Source: Eledone cirrhosa (Eukaryota). From it: a DNA stretch of 64,000 bases. The notes beneath the pieces were generated by a model. The model saw nothing but the letters and a program-made list of their open reading frames with translations. It did no database searches and had not been told where the DNA came from. Below, piece after piece: positions 1 through 10,363 of the stretch. A program made the position numbers and the translations under genes. The DNA lies in the NCBI GenBank assembly GCA_964016885.1, contig OZ024741.1, positions 222,828,001 through 222,892,000 of the forward strand, written 5' to 3'. The first letter of the stretch is position 1, and the number at the start of each line of letters is the position of its first letter.

Positions 1-50
<50 letters not shown>

Positions 51-158
51 TAAATGGAATAGAAAATGCTGACAAATTGTTCACAGTGAAAAATAGTTTA
101 ATTAGGAATAAGTGAGAATTAGTAATTGTATTGGTTAGTATTCAGTTTTGTTTTTAAG

Positions 159-195
159 TTTTACCGGTTGCGCATTTCTAAATGCTTTTCAAAAA
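159..195 (-). ncRNA. Variant minimal hammerhead-like motif (UUGAAAA / GCAAC core)
   Basis: Minus strand: TTT TTGAAAA GCATTT-AG-AAATGC GCAAC CG GTA AAA; HHR topology with palindromic stem III but a non-canonical core. Confidence 0.45.
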
Positions 196-352
196 TAATT
201 TTGAGATAGAGCGTCCGTGATGTTTGCTCTGATCTGATTAGTTTTGGGAATTCTACCTGTTTTTATGTTAAAAAAGGGGCTCCAGCGGTATTAAAATATA
301 TGTGTGCGAACCGCAGCCTGTTGACAGTTCAAATGCCTATTAAGACAAGTGT

Positions 353-439
<87 letters not shown>

Positions 440-498
440 CAGAGTAATTCGTGGTAGAGGGATGGTCAGTAGGAATGTGTCTGTAAGTGAGTGGGGTG

Positions 499-670
499 AT
501 TTGCGTTTCCCGCAGCGGCCCAGAGCGTCCCGTATCTCAGTGGCTGTGATCGGTCTTTCGCAGAACTCGGCGTCCATGCTCGAGAGACGCGGCAGGCTGT
601 CGAGGTGTGAACCGAAGTCCATTGCCCCGTTCCACGCACCGCCACTCTGCTCGAGCAGTTCCGCAAAGTG
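499..670 (-). mobile_element. L1/Tx1-like ORF2 fragment (linker upstream of RT)
   Basis: Translates LDSLPRLSSMDAEFCERPITATEIRDALGRCGKRKSP, the usual 'LPRLS..C..PIT..EI..AL....KSPG' pre-RT motif; a GC-rich island in AT-rich DNA. Confidence 0.7.
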
Positions 671-833
671 AAGGAATCTTACTTTATTAACAAATACGGA
701 CCCCGTCTAAACACTTCTCCCTAAGACGAACCCACAACATACACACGTCAACATACATACCTACATCAGCACACATCTCTACCCACATATAAACACAATG
801 GCATACGTAAACACACATGTTCTATGGTGCAAC

Positions 834-904
<71 letters not shown>

Positions 905-1377
905 ATATATATGTATATATATATATAGTGAATATCATTTCACACCTTTTATTATTAAGGTTTTTGATGTTCTATTGAGAAAATCGATTTTACTGAAAAT
1001 ATCGAATAATGTACACCATTTTACCAGGGAAAAAAATACTGGTCCACCCACACACACACACACATTCTCACACACACACACACATATATATATATACACA
1101 CACACATACACACGCGTACATTAACATACAAAGAAACTTATACACACACACACACATCTCCGTATAAGACAAGAGCTGAAAAATATCTTTTAACATGTTA
1201 AAATATCCCCCACTCACTTACAGACACATTCCTACTGACCATCCCTCTACTACACACACACACACACTTCTCCGTATAAGACAAGAGCTGAAAAATATCT
1301 TTTAACATGTTAAAATATCCCCCACTCACTTACAAACACATTCCTACTGACCATCCCTCTACCACGAATTACTCTGC

Positions 1378-1477
<100 letters not shown>

Positions 1478-1816
1478 TCTTAATAGGCATTTGAACTGTC
1501 AACAGGCTGCGGCTCGCACACACATCCCTGCTAACCATTATCACAACAACGAACACTTTACTACTACTACACACACACACACATATTTGTTGTGAAAGAG
1601 TCATTTCTCAGTCTTGGCGCAAAATCAATTTTTTACATTCACATGACCTCTACTAACCAATCAAAATTGTTTTGACCACAAGAATTTTTGCAACACGAAT
1701 TGGCGCAAAAACCTATTTTAATACCGCTGGAGCCACTTTTTTAACATAAAAACAGGTAGAATTCCCAAAACTAATCAGATCAGAGCAAACATCACGGACG
1801 CTCTATCTCAAAATTA

Positions 1817-1853
1817 TTTTTGAAAAGCATTTAGAAATGTGCAACCGGTAAAA
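1817..1853 (+). ncRNA. Variant minimal hammerhead-like motif (second arm copy)
   Basis: TTT TTGAAAA GCATTT-AG-AAATGT GCAAC CG GTA AAA. Confidence 0.45.
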
Positions 1854-2104
1854 CTTAAAACCAAAACTGAATACTAACCAATACAATTACTAATTCTCAC
1901 TTATTCCTAATTAAACTATTTTTCACTGTGAACAATTTGTCAGCATTTTCTATTCCGTTTACCAATATATAATAACTTGTGTGTTACACCTCTATTCTTT
2001 TAACTATATATATATATATATGCATATGCATGTATACGTATATATATATATACATGTACGTATATATATATATATGCATATACATGTATACGTATATATA
2101 ATAT

Positions 2105-2146
<42 letters not shown>

Positions 2147-2150
<4 letters not shown>

Positions 2151-3180
2151 GTGAGGGGTTTTTTAACAAAATGAAAAATAACCGAGGTGTCCTACACGAG
2201 TGAAAGTATAAGGAAAAAAGATGAAATCGAAAATGCAACTGGAGTCTTTTTTTTTTTTAAATATATATTTATTTGGTTCCTTTACCGGTTTCGCAGTTCT
2301 TCTGCTTTTCAAAACTAGAATTGAGATGGAGGGTCTGTGATATTTCTCACATCTGGTTGGTCTTTAAATGTTACTTCTGTTTTATATGGAAAAAAGTGGC
2401 TCGAAATGCCAGGTTTTTAGAAAAGTAATTTGCTTGGTTGGTTGGTGAATAAGTATAATAAATTTCGCGCCAGTTCGCGTTACAAAGTTCTTATTATATT
2501 TGCCTTCAAACAGGGGGGGGGGGATCAGGCTGTTATTTCATATATGAGTGAAGTTTGGTTGGTTGATGCAGTCATGTGAATAAGCACATCAACTTTCGCG
2601 CCAGTTTGTGTTTGAATTTCTTTTTACTTTAAAAAAGAGTGGCTCACGAAGGCTTTTTTTTATATAAATGTAATTTGATTGGTTATAAATGAAATTAAAG
2701 CTGTCACGTGAACAAGTACATTAAATTTCGCGCCCGTATTTGGGAATTTATTTTGTAGCCTTTTAGAGGATTTTGTACCAAACAAAAGATAACGGTCAAG
2801 AAAAATGGGATGGGGAGAATTGTTCTGGTTCAGTGAATATGGCTGGTGCGCTGGGGTGTCAGAATTCAGACTTTCTATTGAAATAAAGAAAGTAGAGATA
2901 TGTATGTATATTTGTCTGCTTGTGTGTGTGTGTGTGTGTGTAGGAAGATGATTCTATTAGTAGAAATGGGGGAGGGAGTTGTGTGTGTATGTATGGGTAT
3001 TATGTGTGTGTGGAGGGGTATGGTTAGCATGTTAAGATGGAGAGAATATATATATTTTCTGTGTGTGTGTGTAGGAAAATGATTCTATTAGTAGAAATGG
3101 GGGAGGGAATTGTGTGTGTGGGTATATGGGTGTTATGTGTGTGTGTGTATATCTGTGTGTGGGAGTATGGTTAGCATGTT
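2147..3180 (-). mobile_element. Diverged relative of the 46-1968 noncoding PLE-like element
   Basis: 2280-2402 aligns by eye with 160-283 (ttaccggtt..gcttttcaaaa..ttgagat..aaaaaagtggctc); internal tandem block at 2940-3180. Confidence 0.65.
2281..2315 (-). ncRNA. Variant minimal hammerhead motif (UUGAAAA core)
   Basis: Minus strand: TTT TTGAAAA GCAG-AAGAA-CTGC GAAAC CG GTA AAG; stem II differs in sequence from the 159/1817 copies but still pairs. Confidence 0.55.
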
Positions 3181-3321
3181 CCGTAAGATCCTGGTGACAT
3201 CATCAGCACTGAAATCTACATAGTGTTCTCTATAATAAATCTTTGAAGGAATTTCACCAGTCCGGCCTCCTGTCATTTTACTCAATATATGTATATATAT
3301 GTATATATATGTATATATATA

Positions 3322-3389
<68 letters not shown>

Positions 3390-3390
<1 letters not shown>

Positions 3391-3892
3391 GGAAAAAATG
3401 AAACGAAATTTCATTTCTCACTCTTAGTACGGCTGTTACTTAAATATAAGTATGTATACGTACATACATATATGTATACAGACGTACAGCAGTATGTATA
3501 TATATATACATACATGCACACATATATACATGTACGTATGGATTCACCGAACATTTATTATAATGCCCGGTGTGTTTGTAAACAAATATGCATAAGGAAA
3601 GTATATACTTTCAGACGTTCAATCATCTGGCAGGAAGGTATACATTGCTGACGATAGCTAATAAGCTTGAAACTAGTACAGCGTTCCTTTGTCAGTGTTG
3701 AACAAATGAGCAACGATGGTTGCTAGACACTACGGCTTAATTCGGGATGTTTGTTTACAAACACACCGGACATTATAATAAATGTTCGGTGAATCCATAC
3801 GTACATATATATATGTGTGCATGTATGTATATATATATACATACTGCTGTGCGTCTGTATACATATATGTATGTGCGTATACATACTTATAT
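3390..3892 (+). mobile_element. Noncoding HHR-bearing element with fold-back arms (3445-3586 / 3749-3892)
   Basis: Arms are near-perfect reverse complements; the spacer holds an HHR; the same family recurs at 15565-16086. Confidence 0.8.
3645..3682 (+). ncRNA. Minimal type-I hammerhead ribozyme motif
   Basis: TTG CTGACGA T AGC-TAATAA-GCT T GAAAC TA GTA CAG; palindromic ACTAGT stem III. Confidence 0.7.
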
Positions 3893-3894
3893 AT

Positions 3895-3976
3895 ATATAA
3901 AGGACGTAAAATAAGAAAATACTTTTTAAAAAATGTTTGTTTTTTTAAATATTTTCTTATTTTACGTCCTTTATAT
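3895..3976. repeat. Short palindrome at an element end
   Basis: ataaaggacgtaaaataagaaaata ... tattttcttattttacgtcctttat. Confidence 0.9.
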
Positions 3977-4377
3977 TATTGTTCTGCATTCTCCTGCATT
4001 GAACCACCTAGGTACTATGACATAACCTGTGTATTTGCTGGCATGGGCGTGCATCTGTGCGCTTATGTTAGTTGATATATTAAATTATCTATATTTATCT
4101 CCAAATCACTGATTTGTCGAGCAAACTTGCCAAAACCACTTCTAAAAAAATTTTTTTTGGGGTGTTAGTAGGCGTCAGTCATCTTACCATCCCATTCCTT
4201 CTAACTAGCCTCTGTGTCACGTGATTGATTCTTTAGAATCGGCCATTTGACTTGAAGCAGTGAGAATTTCGGTACATAGAATCCAGTCCTCGCAAGCTGT
4301 TCGATCTACCGAATTATTATTATTTTTATATGAGCCGCCAGTGTCCGCGCATTGCCTGGAGACTTAACTGAGAATAG

Positions 4378-4459
4378 ACTCCCTGATGACGCAATGAATT
4401 CTCGACAGTTGGATTACGTAACTGTCTTTATCCCATTGCAGAAACTAATTAGTTGGAGT
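4378..4459 (+). ncRNA. Type-I hammerhead ribozyme with extended stem II
   Basis: Stem I ACTCC/GGAGT; CTGATGA at 4383; stem II GCAATG/CATTGC enclosing the hairpin GACAGTT/AACTGTC; GAAAC TAATTA GTT. Confidence 0.8.
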
Positions 4460-4710
4460 GAAAATTTAAGTAAGTAAAAAATTTAAAATTTTTTTTTAAA
4501 TATTTACTTATATATATATGTAGATAAATCTACCAAAAGTTTACGGTAGTGTCCAATCCGTATGAAGAACTCAATGTAATCCGGATATCATGAAAAGAGA
4601 AGATGCATTCAAAAACTATTTTCGGTGAAAAATAAACGGAAAACAGAGTCAAGATAAATTAATAAAACAATGAATAAACAAAGAAACAGTTCCTTATATT
4701 AAAAAAAATT

Positions 4711-4850
4711 CATCATTTTACGATCGTTTCTAGGATATATATGTGTTAGAGTTGGTATGCATATTCTATAGATCTATGTACAATATTTATACAAACTATC
4801 AGAGGGAATATACATACCTATACATATATATGCTGTCTTCAGAAATAATG
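4711..4850 (-). ncRNA. Type-I hammerhead ribozyme with a ~105 nt stem II region
   Basis: Minus strand: stem I CATTATTT/AAATGATG; CTGAAGA; ATATATATGT/ACATATATAT pairing in stem II; GAAAC GATC GTA. Confidence 0.7.
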
Positions 4851-5500
4851 ATATTTGTTTATTGAAAAAAACAAAGATTCAATACAATAGGTCTGTTTGG
4901 GAACAGGTTTTGAATTGACCAATAGAGAGATAGTAAGGGTCAAGATAGTAATATAGTAGTAGAAGAACCTTAAATTATGGGTAGAGGAAGGTAGAATTCA
5001 GTTTTGGATGGAAAAGAATATTATGAATGAAGGATTATTTTAGGGAAGAAAATAGGTCGTATGCTGACCTCAGAAATAAATTTATTTGTTCATTGAATAA
5101 AACCAACAAAGATCTAATATATTCTGTCTGTTTGGTAAGAGGTTTAGAATTAACCAATAAAAAGTTAATAATTGGCCAAATGGTAAAATAGTAGTAATTG
5201 AAGCTTATTTTAGGGGTGAAAATAGGTCAGGTGGTCAGTAAAAGGTATACAAGCAGTTGTTGTTATAAAATAGTAATTCCAATGCAAATATCTAAGGAGA
5301 CTAAAGTTTTACGATAAGAGTGTTAGTGAAAAAAATACATCTATGAAAAGAATATAAATTAATTTAATTGATGGGTATATTTATATTGATAAAATTATAC
5401 TAATACATATAGATATGATAAATAAGAGTTAGATGCAGTTGAAAAGTGCTGTTAAAGATGAGGGGAATTAAAAGAATATAAAAATAATATATATATATAC

Positions 5501-5551
<51 letters not shown>

Positions 5552-5917
5552 CATATATATACACATACACACACACATACACACATATATACACATATAT
5601 ATATATATATATACACATGCAAATATACATACATACATATATATATACACACACATACACATTTACATATACATATAATTATTGGGGTGGGGGATTAAAA
5701 TTATTAGTGAGAAATAATAAATATATATAGATTTCAAGGAACATAGAGTCATAACCTGAAGTTAAAGCATTATATATGTTTACTTAATGGTATCAGTTTT
5801 AGGAAATGATAGTTATAAGAAGGAAAGCAAAATTATGTAGTTCATCAGTAGTAGAATATTAATTATAGATTAACTCAATTAAAAACAGTTTATATATTAA
5901 TTTCTAAAGTGTATATT

Positions 5918-7647
5918 AATTAGGTTTATAATATTTAAAGGTTTTTCTCAGTTTATGATTACACTATATTATTAATTCCTGTCGCTTATTTAATAGGATA
6001 TCCTTAGATTTCATTATTTCAAAAAGTTCCTGGGAACATAATCTACATTCATATCTACTATTTTGATAAGGGGTGGCCCTTTTGAGCACACTCCAGGTCA
6101 GGTCATAATCTATATTCCTCTTTCTATAACTATTAATTATTTCAGCTAGAGATGTTGTATTAGCTAGTGCGGCATTTTTAAAAATATGTTTGTGGGTATA
6201 AAATTTGTTAGAGGTAGCTCCTATATATGAATAAATTGAGTCCTTAGTGTTAACTTTACATTTATATACTATGTTATTAACAAGGCAATTTCCTTTTAAT
6301 GGACAGTTTGCCTTGTTTCTACAGTTACAACTTTTCGTGAATCCTGTATCTGAGGAGATATTATGGTTAGTTTGATGTACTGGTGGTATACTCATAGTTT
6401 TTTTACATTTATATGCATTGGCCTCAGCATGGCCTCAGCCGGATGGCTGAAACAGGTAAAAGAGTAAAAGAGTATTATAGGCACTTATATTTTTTTCTAT
6501 GTTTTTGGTTGTTGAGTAGGAGAATTTAACCGTTGATTTATTTAAAATTTGATGGTATTTGTGGTTTGGCGGGAAGTTTTTCTCTAGGATATTAAAGAAT
6601 TTTTTAGGTATATTATCCTTAATTTGTAAATTAAATGGAGCATTGTACCAAGTAACTCGTCTATTACGGTTTCGATGTTGTTTATTGTTTTTATAGGATG
6701 CATCCTGATGTTTATTAAGAGAATTATTGTTAATGACCACACCACACACATTTTTAGTTATATTTATTGATTTAGATGTTTTAGCTTGTTTATTAGGAGT
6801 TTTATTATTAACATTTATTAGAGTTGTAGGATGAGTAGTTTTTTGAGAGTTACTATACTGTATATTAGAAGAGTTAGAGAAATTTGGTTTTATGTTGGTG
6901 TTTTGGGGTATAATGTGAGTGGCATTTAGGTGTGTATGTTTCATTTGGTGTTTGTTGGTAATATTAGGTTGTATGTTTGTAGTGTTATTGGTAGAAGGTA
7001 TATATACTAATCTATTTTTGTGGCCACTTCTAGCTAGAGCTTCATTATAAACGGTCGCATTTTTATCAAATACATCTTGGTTAGACGAAAGGTTAGAAAT
7101 TCTAAGTGATATATTATATGCAAGGTTTTTAAGGATAGATTTAGGGTGATTAGATTGTGAGTGTATGTAGTGTAAATTTTGGTTGGGTTTATGGTAAGGT
7201 TGGTAGATACCCGTAGATAAGTCTAATGTTATATCTAGGAAATTAACTACTTTACTTGTGTTTTCAAATGTAATATCTAGACTATAATAGTCTTTAAGGA
7301 AAGTTCTAATAAGCTTTTTATTTTTTTCTATCTCTGAGAGGCTAAGGTTATTGGAAAGAAGAAGACAGTCGTCACGATATAAACCACCTTTAAGGTGGGG
7401 AAAGGAAGCATTTATGTTAAAAAGAAGAAAGAAGCCCACAAGATCAGTAATTTGAGCAGAATCGCTTGAGCCCATAGTAATATCGAATAGATTACTATAT
7501 GTGTTTCTGGTCCAGTATTCATTCTGAAATTCCAATAGTGTTAGTCTAGCATGTGTAATAATATTAATGTCATCCAAAGTTAAGTTAGATCTATTTTTAG
7601 CAATTATCAAGGCTTTGTTCAGGAGTATAGGTGATATAGAATAATAA

Positions 7648-7650
<3 letters not shown>
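5918..7650 (-). pseudogene. Disrupted PLE RT-GIY-YIG ORF
   Basis: ORFs 6435..7769 and 5964..6395 are separated by a ~55 bp insertion; a premature TAG lies just before the terminal CNH motif (LNKRQELII*CNHK). Confidence 0.85.
6420..6474 (+). mobile_element. Short 3' tail fragment of a SINE/LINE inserted in the PLE ORF
   Basis: cagcatggcctcagccggatggctgaaacaggt followed by a repeated AAAAGAGT tail; GC-rich and breaks the reading frame. Confidence 0.5.
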
Positions 7651-7729
<79 letters not shown>

Positions 7730-7836
7730 AGTAAAATGACAGGAGGCCGGACTGGTGAAATTCCTTCAAAGTTTTATTGTAGAGAACACTATGTAGATTG
7801 CAGTCAGTGCTGATGATGTCACCAGGATATATATAC

Positions 7837-7904
<68 letters not shown>

Positions 7905-8014
7905 TCATTCGCTTAAGGAGAGAGGTGGAGCTCATCAAATCCTACCGAGGAAACAATGTTTCCATCGATCTTTCTAACTTCTATGTACTATCTATCGGTC
8001 GCAACTCCAGGTAG

Positions 8015-8125
8015 AAGGAGCAACGTGAAAATAAAGTGTCTTGTTCAAGGACATAACGCATCGCCAGGTCTGGGAATCGAAATCACAACCTCACGATTGC
8101 GTATACAATTCTCTAACCACTCAGC

Positions 8126-8128
<3 letters not shown>
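8015..8128 (-). mobile_element. tRNA-derived SINE head
   Basis: Minus strand: A box TGGCTGAGTGGTTAGA, B box ATTTCGATTCCC, then TGTCCTTGAACAAGACACTT central domain. Confidence 0.75.
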
Positions 8129-8173
<45 letters not shown>

Positions 8174-8374
8174 CATAAAGACAGCGATATATACTCACCA
8201 ATTTCGACAACACCCACAGCTAAAGGCATTAGTCACCTTGTGGTTTTCTCTCAGAACCTGTATGGCATATACCCAACTGTGAGTGGTAAAATCAGCACAT
8301 GCGTATATATGAATACATATACATAAATATATGTACTCAGACACACACGCACACACACATACACACACACACAT

Positions 8375-8448
<74 letters not shown>

Positions 8449-8498
8449 AGGCATTAATATACATACACACATATATATATACATATATATATACACAC

Positions 8499-8529
<31 letters not shown>

Positions 8530-8716
8530 CACACATATATATAAATATATATATACATATATATATACATATATATACATATATATATACACACACATAC
8601 ATATATACATATATGTATATACATATATATATATATATACATATATACACACATAGATACATACATATATATACATATATATACACACATTTATATATAT
8701 ACATATATATGCATAC

Positions 8717-8781
<65 letters not shown>

Positions 8782-9115
8782 CATACATACATACATACAT
8801 ATAAATACATATATACACATACATTCACACACACACATACATATATATATGTGTGTATATACAAGAATGTGTATTCATACATAGACTGGCAAATAAATAT
8901 ATAAATAAACAAAAAATCAATGTAAATAAAAGAACAATATGAGAAACGCAGATGGAGGTAAAGACTACAAGAGAGAATAATGGCTTAGAGAGGAAAGAAG
9001 AGGATAAAATGAAAGGTTTGTAAATTGTTGTGAAGAATGGTGGGAATTCTTAGGTTGTTAGGACGGTAAACGATGAATTAACCACTGCAGCTTATATATA
9101 TATATATATATATAT

Positions 9116-9326
9116 GAAGGAAATGTGGTAAGGAACCAGGTGGACCATAACGCACCAAAGTACTCAATACTTGGGGTAGTAGAGTGGGTAATAGGAACCA
9201 GTAAGACCCCGACGGCTGAGCTCAAGCCGTTTCGACGGCTAATTTTTTTTTTTTTTTTTTTTTTTTTTAGTCCAGAATTAGCCGTCGAAACGGCTTGAGC
9301 TCAGCCGTCGGGGTCTTACTGGTTTC

Positions 9327-9396
<70 letters not shown>

Positions 9397-9444
9397 AGTG
9401 TGTGTGTGTGTGTGTTTATGTGTATGTATATATATATATATATG

Positions 9445-9488
<44 letters not shown>

Positions 9489-9595
9489 AGAAAGTAAGAC
9501 CCCGACGGCAGAGCTCAAGCCGTTTCGACGGCTATTTCTGGACTAATTAGTCTGGTGCGTTATGGTCCATCTGGTTCCTTACCACAACTCCTTCG
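9116..9595. repeat. Nested inverted repeat A-B-polyT-B'-(TA/TG)n-B-A'
   Basis: A 9116-9157 versus A' 9553-9595; B at 9192-9243 and 9492-9546, B' at 9268-9328. Confidence 0.9.
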
Positions 9596-9784
<189 letters not shown>

Positions 9785-9802
9785 TATATAAATATATATA
9801 TG

Positions 9803-9860
<58 letters not shown>

Positions 9861-9941
9861 GATAAGCAGAACAAGTAAAATTCAATCAATTTTTCAAAAT
9901 ACATTAAAAAATATAATATAAATATTTACCTCTTCTAGTGG

Positions 9942-10020
9942 CCCTTACTGATCAGTTTCGCTTTGTAAAACCTCATAAATCCGATGGATTTATGATGGAA
10001 AACCAAAGCTCATCAGAGAA
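9942..10020 (-). ncRNA. Type-I hammerhead ribozyme, canonical core
   Basis: Minus strand: TTCT CTGATGA GCTTTG..TCATAAATCC-ATC-GGATTTATGA..CAAAGC GAAAC TGATCA GTA AGGG. Confidence 0.85.
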
Positions 10021-10295
10021 GCATTTTCCCTTCCTAGGGCTAAACGTCCCAGGAACGACAAAATATACAACCTCCTGCCAGCTAATAAAGGTCTGAAAGG
10101 TCGTAAAAGTGACCCGTATGTAAACTGGACCGAAGTAAAAGCGGGAAAATCAAAGACTTGCTGTCTACAATTACTACTAAAAAAATAGCAGCCAAGTAGA
10201 GCAACAGATTTGTTCTCAACGGACGGAGAAAAAGGTAGAAGTTAATATGTCCAGGGATACTAGGTACCCCTAGAAATACATAGATATATATATAA

Positions 10296-10330
<35 letters not shown>

Positions 10331-10363
10331 CGTATGTATATATGTATATATGTATATATATGT

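Larger units (their letters stand above)
4520..7650 (-). mobile_element. 5'-truncated Penelope-like retroelement, probably Naiad-like (RT + GIY-YIG + 3' pLTR)
   Basis: RT motifs [18 protein letters not shown] and GLYRDD, thumb [14 protein letters not shown]; endonuclease CNCRNKANCPLKGNC..IVYKC..YIG and CRLC; HHR in the 3' noncoding part; 5' end abuts (TA)n. Confidence 0.9.
3188..7828. repeat. Inverted pair of ~100 bp segments (3188-3287 and 7725-7828) facing (TA)n tracts and bracketing 4.4 kb
   Basis: atcctggtgacatcatcagcactg...cctcctgtcattttactcaat versus attgagtaaaatgacaggagg...cagtgctgatgatgtcaccaggat. Confidence 0.85.

Noticed and set aside
5918-6395. Possible selenocysteine recoding, as reported for some Naiad PLEs
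   Set aside because: The conserved cysteines are ordinary Cys codons and the in-frame stop is TAG, not TGA
7808-7828. CTGATGA possible hammerhead (also on the minus strand near 3200)
   Set aside because: Truncated by TA repeat or junction; no convincing GAAA/stem III half
8015-8128. tRNA gene
   Set aside because: A and B boxes are present, but it continues into a SINE central domain and lacks a convincing acceptor stem
8185-8260. Minus-strand CTGAGAGA...GAAATTGGTG hammerhead-like spacing
   Set aside because: Core, stem II and cleavage triplet all deviate; not supportable
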